Positions 55,798-64,000 of a stretch of 64,000 nt of DNA are shown here, one piece after another. Numbering within the stretch: position 1 is the stretch's first letter; every line of letters begins with the position of its first letter. The stretch covers positions 43,834,001 through 43,898,000 of the forward strand of contig NC_043000.1 of the NCBI RefSeq assembly GCF_006345805.1, given 5' to 3'. This DNA is from Octopus sinensis. Taxonomy: Eukaryota. The translations under genes were made by a program, and so were the position numbers. The notes below the pieces were generated by a model. That model was not told where the DNA came from. It did no database searches and saw nothing but the letters and a program-made list of their open reading frames with translations.

Positions 55798-56513
55798 CTA
55801 TATATAGAACTGAAATGCGTTTTTACCGCTTGGTTCGCTTTCAATGCCACTATATCCCGTCCGATTCGCTCCAAAATTTACAGGGACATGCAGAATGAGG
55901 TGACGATGCGCGTGGGCTACCTTAGAAATCCCTCTCTTAAAAGGTGTGGTTGCCAGGGGCCATCTTCCTACCTCACCCTATTTCCTCCAGTACTCTGTCA
56001 CTCCTCTTCATTTGACAATGCAACTACTGTTATTTAATGTAAAGTCTTCCTCAAATCACTCTGTCGCTATTTACTCTCTTCCAAGAACATTTTCACTCAC
56101 TCTTATCTCTTACCTTCCTATACATTTTACTCATGTATCTATCAGCGTTCATGGACAGTAACAAATATTACATCGCCATCCCCATCGCCATCGCATTCTT
56201 TTGTCTACCTGTCAACACACACACACACATATATACATATATCTAATATTATATTTTTATTTTTATGTTTGCGTATTTTTTACTGTTTCATTTCACTTTT
56301 AGTGGTTTGATCTCTAATTTAATTTCTACCGCATGCACACACACACACACACATGCACACACACACACACACACCACACACACACACATATATACATATA
56401 TCTAATATTATATTTTTATTTTTATGTTTGCGTTTTTTTTACTGTTTCATTTCCCTTTTAGTGGTTTGATCTCTAATTTAATTTCTACCGCATGCACACA
56501 CACACACACACAT

Positions 56514-56550
<37 letters not shown>

Positions 56551-57607
56551 TATGTGGCCCCAGTACACCCGAATGAAATCGGGTTCTCTTCATCAAAATG
56601 GGAAAAGGGGTCTACAATTATCATCGACACAACTTATGTATGTCTTCCTCACTCACTCTTTAATTATCATCGCCACCACGAACACCACCAACACACAATC
56701 ATGACAATCTTTCTCTTAAAACAAATCATGTTTACATTGCAAAATATTTCATTTTCCCGTTCTCTCTTTCATATATCAACTTTTCTTTCTCGAGCTCTCT
56801 CTTTTTTCGCCGTCTCTATTTATTCTACAACGAGTCTATCAATGACATCCACAAAAGTTTCAATATTCCTACTTCAGAAACGCAACAGATATTATTTTTT
56901 TGCCGGGGTTAAAGCCCACTACATCCCGTCGGATTCACTCCAAAATTTACACCTTCTCTTTCTACCTCTAACTCCCATTCAATTTCTCTTTATCACCATT
57001 CTTAAAGATAATTATCATCGCTACCACCACCACCACCAACACACAATCTGGAAAATCTTTCTCTTATAACAAATCATGTTTACATTGCAACGACGTCTGC
57101 CACCTCCGCCGTCTCTATTTATTCTGCAAATGACCAGAACTCGGGAAACTTGGTTGAGTGTTCTATGGTCTATGACCAGAACTCGGGAAACTTGCTTGAC
57201 TGTCTATGGTCTATGACCAGAACTCAGGAAACTTGGTTGAGTCCTCATCTTATAAAATGTGGCCCCAGTAGACCCAAATGAAATCGGGTTATATTAACCA
57301 AAATGTGAAAAGGGGTCTAAATGGGGCTGGAAGGGAATTAAAATTTTCGACAGGTGGATGCCCTTCCTAACGCCAACCACTCTGTGAGCGTACTGGGTGC
57401 TTTTTTCGTGCCGCCTGCACAAGTGCCAGGGGGGCTAGCAGCGGCCACGATCGGTTGGTGCTTTTTACGTGCCACCAGCTCAGATGCCAGTCAAGGCGGC
57501 GCTGCAATCCGCCACGTTCGGATGGTGCTTTTTACGTGCTGAAAGGAAGCAACAGAAAGTAACAACCACACTCTTACCCGCGCGTAGAGCGGGTCACCTT
57601 CAGCTAG
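55797..57607 (+). mobile_element. Non-autonomous Helitron-like unit 1
   Basis: A|TCTATATATAG 5' end; 3' hairpin acccgc(57576-81)/gcgggt(57589-94), then CTAG (57604-07) followed by T. Confidence 0.72.
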
Positions 57608-59475
57608 TATATATATAAAACTGAAATGCGTTTTAACGCTTGGATCGCTTTCAATGCCTCTACGACCCGTCCGATTCGCTCCAAAATTTACAGGGAGATG
57701 TAGAATGAGGTGATCATGCGCGTGGGCTACCTTAGAAATCCCTATCTTAAAAGGTGTGGTTGCTAGGGGCCATCTTCTTCACTCACACTATTTCCTTCTT
57801 TCCCTCTCTTACTCCCCTTCATTTATAACGTTGACAATGTCCACTCCCGTTATTTAATGTATTCCCCTCAACTCCCTTTCACTTTGCCTTTATAAGGTCG
57901 TCAGGCGGCTTTCTTTGATGTATCTGTTTGCATTCATAGGGAGAATTATCGCCACAATTTATGTATATGTCTTCTTCACTCACTCACTCTTTTTCCTAAT
58001 GATAATTATCATCGCCACCACCACCAGCACCACCACCACCAACACACAATACTCACTCTATTTCATACAAACGGCCTTCTTTTATGTATCTGTCTGTGTG
58101 AAAGAGAGAGATAACTGAAATTTTTTACTCGGTTTTTGTAGAGCGTGCGTGTGTATGCATATATGTGTATATGTATGTATGCATGTATGTGTGTGTGTAT
58201 GTATCTATGTATGTGTGTGTATGTGTATGTATGTGTATGTGTGTATGTGTGTGTATGTATGTGTGAGTGTGCATGTATGTATGTACCTTTGCCTGTTTAT
58301 GTAACGGTCTGCTATGTAGAAATGAGGTTGACTCAATGGAAATGCATACATACACACACACATACATACACACACATACACACATACATACACATACACA
58401 CATACATAGATGCAGACCTATGTTAAAAGTGCTGGCAAGTTTGCATGACAACTATTTTTTTTCCTCAAATGAAAGGCGTGACAAAATTCCTCATCTTATA
58501 AAATGTGGCCCCAGTACACCCGAGTGAAATCACGTTATATTAACCAAAATGTGAAAAGGGTTATAAATGGGGCTGGAAGGGGATTAAAATTTAAAGGAGC
58601 GGGTGTTTAGGAATTCTCTGTTGCATCAAGCTAAAAAATTTGCGCCAGCCTTTTAATCGTCAATGTGTTGCCGTCCATGATGAAGAAGTTTTGAATGCTT
58701 GCCATGGTGAGTCTACTGTTGTGAAAAAGAATCACTTCAAAACTTGGTGTTTAGGGATTTTCTTTTACATCAAGTTCAAAATTTTACGCCAGCCGTTAAA
58801 CTGTCAAAACGTTGCTGTCCGTCGTTAAGAAATGCCAGCCATGCTGACTCTACTACCCTCAGATTCTATCCCTTCAAACTTTGGTTTCCAATATTTTATT
58901 ATTTTTATTCAGCTCGCAAGTTCGTCTGTCCCTTTTAAATGTTAGTGTTTTGCTGTCTGCCTTGAAGCAGATCTTTCCGTTGTTACTGCCTGATATTTAT
59001 GATTGATCTTTCCAAATATTTTATTTCTCAACTTACTCAAGATATTTTGTTGTTTATAAATGGGAGAGAGATAGATAAAGATAGAGAGTAAGAGAAGGCG
59101 AGGGAGAGTCCGAGAGAAAGGAAGAGTAAGAGAGTGGGGAAAGTGAGAGAGAAAGGAGAGAGAAACAAAGAGGGATAATCATCATCATCATCGTTTAACG
59201 TCCGTTTTCCGTGCTAGCACGGGTTGGACAGTTTGACCACCCCAACCACACTGTGAGCGTAGTGGGTGCATTTTTCGTGCCGCCGGCACAGGTGCAAGGG
59301 GGGCTGGCAATGGCCACGATCGGTTGGTGCTTTTTACGTGTCACTGGCACAGAAGCCAGTCGAGGCGGCGCTGCAATCCGCCACATTCGGATGGTACTTT
59401 TTACGTGCTGAAAGGAAGCAACAGAAAGTAACAACCACACTCTTACCCGCGCATAGAGTGGGTCACCTTCAGCTA

Positions 59476-59476
<1 letters not shown>
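57608..59476 (+). mobile_element. Non-autonomous Helitron-like unit 2, head-to-tail with unit 1
   Basis: The same ~230-bp 5' block (aactgaaatgcgtttt...) starts right after the unit-1 CTAG; same 3' hairpin plus CTAG (59473-76). Confidence 0.72.
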
Positions 59477-59512
<36 letters not shown>

Positions 59513-62500
59513 TACATATATACGTGTGTGGGCGTTGTGTGTGTCTATGTCAACCGCTCCGTATACTGCAGACACCCCACCTACGCACCCACCCATTCAA
59601 CGCCCACACGCCCTCTCACACGCACACACTCTCACACACACACATATGTATACATACATATATAGACATAAAGGGGACAAACGAAAGAGAAATTTTCAGC
59701 ATTCATATTTGTATAATTATCAACTGTGAAACTGGGGTGTGAGGAATTTAATAGTTCTGCGTTATAGATATATATAATTACAAATAGCGTCGAGGGAATT
59801 ACAGAACTGTCAAGGTAGTGGGGCAAACAAATGTGTTATATACTTTAATATTATTGCGTATGGATATGTATGTTAATGTATGTGTATACGCGCCACGACG
59901 CACGTATGTGTTTTCTATACAAAAATATTCTTTTGTAATATATTATTTAACATGAATATATATAATAATTTCAGGTGACTACAGTTTTGAGAATATTATG
60001 AACCAAAGTAACTGTCTCATTTAGCCAATCATTTTTATATATTAACAGTACTGATATAGACAGAATTTATTAATTAATAATCGTTCATATAGAAAGTATT
60101 TCATTATTATTGAACATGGTGCATTCTTTCTTAAAGAACATTACTACTTTTCATTTAAGAACGTTTTATTTTAATTTTCAAATATTCACTGAACAGTAAT
60201 GGTCGCATTTAAAGTATCTAAAATACGAGCATTTATTTGAATTAATTGCACGTAAGATCTACTAGAAATAGAAATTAATTGAACATATTTTTGGCAATAA
60301 ACTCCCTCGAATATTATCTATATTCTGATCATGTCGTTAGTATTTTATACAAGCAATAAAATATTAATTACAATAAGATTTTGAATAAAATTCTCAGCTA
60401 GTAGAAAATTTTATTTTGAATAGAGAATGACTGATAATAATTGATAACAGTAGAAATAAAATTTATATTTTAATGATAATAGAACTAACTATTAATTACA
60501 GTATGTCCGGTTTGCCTATGCAATTATTCAAATATAAATCACATTAGAATATGAATGAAAAGGATGGTGATAGTTTCAACTTTGAAATTGAATCTGTAAC
60601 TTTACCTATGCGCATAATAATAGTACGAGAAATTTATATCTATTTTTTATATTTCTTATCATACAATTCGAATGCAAAAGAAAAACTGCATAAGTTTAGA
60701 TGCATTTCATTTATTTGAATTACTTAGCCAGAGGAGAAAAGTAATAATAGTGAGATTTCTAATGGAGAAAATTTGTCCTAAAATAAAGAAAGAATGGGAT
60801 AAATGATAAAATCTGAGTCTAGCGAACTCAAAGCATTCAGGAATAAAATGATGGCGTTAAATGGAGAATGAATTAACACTCACTTAACGAAATTGTCACT
60901 TCAACAGGCTTTCATGTCTGTCGAATGCTATTCAGGAAAATTTTCTCAACTTGATGCTATGTCAGAAAATGCTCACATACGGTACGGTGTTCTAAGAGTA
61001 AGCGATAGTCATATAGCGGCAAAAGTTATGCTTCGAAATATACATTACGAATTATTGATGTTATCGTACCGTTTTAAATTCGATAAAGTTGTGGAATTTT
61101 CTCTTTGTCCTGTGACATATTATCTGCCATCAATGAAACTACCTGTGACACAAGTTTGCTTTTATTGTAGCTGTGTGTATACTTTCATTACGCCAGAACA
61201 GTAGGCTGCTGTGAAGATAAACACTTTTGTAAAAAGAAATACTGATGTATAATAAAAGAGGATAGTTAAAGAATATTTTCCACAATATATAGTGGACAGT
61301 ACAAGAAAAATTATATCCAGTTTAGACAATACAGAAAACTGTAATTAAGAATTACAACTCACAAAGATGTGGTTCTGCTTTTGGCCTCATTTAGGAATTC
61401 TGCGAGCACGTATCTCCTACCATGACCCGGACTGAGCAAATTATTTTGGTCGAATTTGTTAGTTGAACAATCTACATCTACAAACAAATCAGAAAATGAA
61501 TATACATGGGATAAGCAAATCTGAATTGCAAATTAAAAATACATTTGGAAAATATTTCTATTACGGTTATGTTGTACGCTTAAATTAACTTGCTTTCATA
61601 AATATACGAAATGTTATCAATTTAGTTTATAATATGAAATGCAGTATAAAGTAAAATATGTACTTGCTTTTTCCAGGTTGACCTATACAGGATCTATGTG
61701 GAAATGCATAAGAAGGTAGAAAAGAACTAATACAAACTGTTTCATGCAAGATGTATAATCTTATTAAGAATCGAAGAGCTAATACTGAAATATTATCTTG
61801 GAGCATGATAGCAATATACGTACGACAGAACAAGCTCTAAAATAACAACATCTGAGAGATATGTGTGAACGGTTTTTAAAAAATAAAATGTTTTGGTTTC
61901 AAGTGAATATCTCGCCAGGATCTTGGAAATCAGGTGATATCAATTTGTTTATGGGCAATGCAGGATGACTTTTATGGAAACATGCAGGAATAAAGCCATA
62001 TGTCTATGCAACGGAGTATTTCTCTCTCACTCCGTTCTCTTTGAATAATATTGTATTATTTGAACATGTTGAATTCTCAGGTAAGCTGTTTTGTCGTTCA
62101 CTTCGCGGAAAATATACCACCCTTATTAATTACTACACTTATCGTCACAGAACAAATTTTATCGCGGGATTCATTTATAATCAAGTATTGTATATAATTA
62201 TTATAGTCATATTTGAGATGATAAGGTTTCATTTTTGAGCAATGAAAATGCAGATTAATTAGTCATGAATCTGCTTGCTATTGGACAAATACTTTCCCCT
62301 TTCCATCTGACTTCATCCTACCATGCCCATATATATCTTCAGAATACATGCTTACAGGTTACTAATTCCAATATTTCAGCAAATATACCTTTCAATTGGG
62401 GAGAACACTAAATAAGAACTATTGGCTACGCATTCATGAAAACATACATACATGCATGCGTTATGGAAGTACACACAAATGCACACATACACATGTGACA

Positions 62501-62661
62501 TTACTTTAATTTCTTCGTCTCAGTATTATTATTGTTGTTGCTATAAGTGTCGTTAATATAATTATTACTAAGTTTGATGCAATGGTCTTACTGCCTCCCC
62601 GAAGTTGCTTGTCATGGACCAAAAATTGAAACAATTATTATTATTATTATCATTATCATGA

Positions 62662-62696
<35 letters not shown>

Positions 62697-62697
<1 letters not shown>

Positions 62698-63622
62698 TAT
62701 GTTTGACTTTTGCTTTATATTTGTACAAGTTGGCTCCAAGTCTCACCCAGAGACCTCAAGAGACAACAGGGTTGGAAGTTCATGTTGTTGTTATGCCTAG
62801 TGTGCCATATATTGGGGGGTGGGGATGTTGTACTAATGATGTCTTAAAAAAAAAAAGTTTTTTTTTTTTTTTTAAACCGAAAATTATGTTGTTTTAAACC
62901 TTGAGGTTACATAGAGAGTATTTTGCGTAGGATATGAGCAGTTCCCATGAGCACTATCTTTTGAACTTCTGCCATTTTTGGGTTTCCTGGTATCTGAGTT
63001 AGGTAGCTATCAGCCCCTTTTGCTATCATTCCCAGGGCACCTATGACAACAGGTATTGTTTTAGTCTTCAGCTTCCACATTTTGCTGATTTCTATTTCAA
63101 GATCTTTATATTTGCTCAGTTTTTGGTAGGTCCTGACAGATACGTTTATATCGATTAAGACAGTCATATCAATCAGGAGGCATGTTCTTTGTTTGAAGTC
63201 TTTCAATATGATGTCTGGCCTATTTGCATCTATCTTCCTGTCAGTTTGAATGGTGAAGTTCCAGAGGAGTGAGATGTGGTCATTTTCAAGCACTGGAGGT
63301 GGTTTGTGTTCCCACCAGTTTTTTTCATGGGGCAAATCCAGGTTTTTACAGATTACCCAGTGAATATATTGTGCAGCTCTATCGTGCCTGTTGAGATACT
63401 CTGTAGGCGCTAGAAGACTGCACTTGGAGACCACATGGTCAATGGTTTCATTTTGTTGCTTGCATACACGACACGTTGGACTGCTTCTGATCTTTAATAT
63501 GTTGGCCTGGTAGTTTCTTGTTGGTAGGCATTGATCTTGAGCTGCTATGATAAACCCCTCTGTTTCAGATTTTAAGCCAGAGGCCATTAGCCATTGATGG
63601 GTCAGGGCTTTGTCGATATCTG

Positions 63623-63623
<1 letters not shown>
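62697..63623 (-). mobile_element. 5'-truncated R4/Dong-clade non-LTR retrotransposon in an (ATT)n tract
   Basis: Flanked on both sides by (ATT)n; encodes a CCHC + RLE C-terminus. Confidence 0.88.
62907..63623 (-). CDS. C-terminal fragment of an RLE-LINE protein: CCHC finger and PD-(D/E)xK endonuclease
   Basis: CRVCKQQNETIDHVVSKC...RHD...NRPDII...LIDMTV...KLSKYKDL...VIGALG; open to the stop codon. Confidence 0.9.
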
Positions 63624-63681
<58 letters not shown>

Positions 63682-64000
63682 TATATTATTATTATTATTA
63701 TCGTAATATATGCTTTATTCGTTGAACGATATTTCAACAGCTAGCCTGTCTTTGTCGAGTGACACATAGAAATTCACATCAAATTCAAAATTTGAATGAG
63801 GCAACCAGTATTTCCACATTGATGGAATAATACCATCGGACTTCACTTTTTCAAGTTTACAACTGGCTAAAAGAAAAGAAGGAAAGAAAATAGAAGAATA
63901 TTTAATTAAACAATTTTATGTAATTATGAAGAAATTCTCCCATCATTTTATTCATCCATTTAGGGGATGATGTTAATAACATACAAACATAATGTTCCTT

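Noticed and set aside
60893-61204. 103-aa ORF in non-repetitive AT-rich DNA
   Set aside because: TTG start, no motif, no supporting splice signals

Overview
AT-rich, microsatellite-dense eukaryotic DNA. The repeat families look like those of coleoid cephalopods (Octopus-like); this is an inference. No host gene can be confidently identified, and nearly all ORFs in the track are microsatellite read-throughs. The real content is mobile DNA. (1) A ~14-kb Penelope-like element (PLE) of the Naiad type at 18.3-32.3 kb: a minus-strand RT + CxCx5Cx5C linker + GIY-YIG ORF, ~2.8-kb internally repetitive pseudo-LTRs, four minimal hammerhead ribozymes, and an inverted arm that also duplicates 1.3 kb of flanking DNA. 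(2) Several small fold-back PLE remnants, one with an intact, unusually large hammerhead (14831-14912). (3) A CsRN1-type Gypsy LTR element with a tRNA-Trp PBS and a -1 frameshift signal with pseudoknot, but with the RT core and gag N-terminus deleted. (4) An ORF1-only (HAL1-like) non-LTR element with 15-bp TSDs, inserted in a SINE. (5) Two head-to-tail non-autonomous Helitron-like units carrying captured cargo, plus a Helentron-like HINE. (6) A 5'-truncated R4/Dong RLE-LINE inside a (TAA)n tract. (7) CR1 fragments and tRNA-SINEs. Many ORF lesions are 1-bp deletions in runs, so long-read errors may contribute. Coordinates were read by eye and may be off by a few bases.
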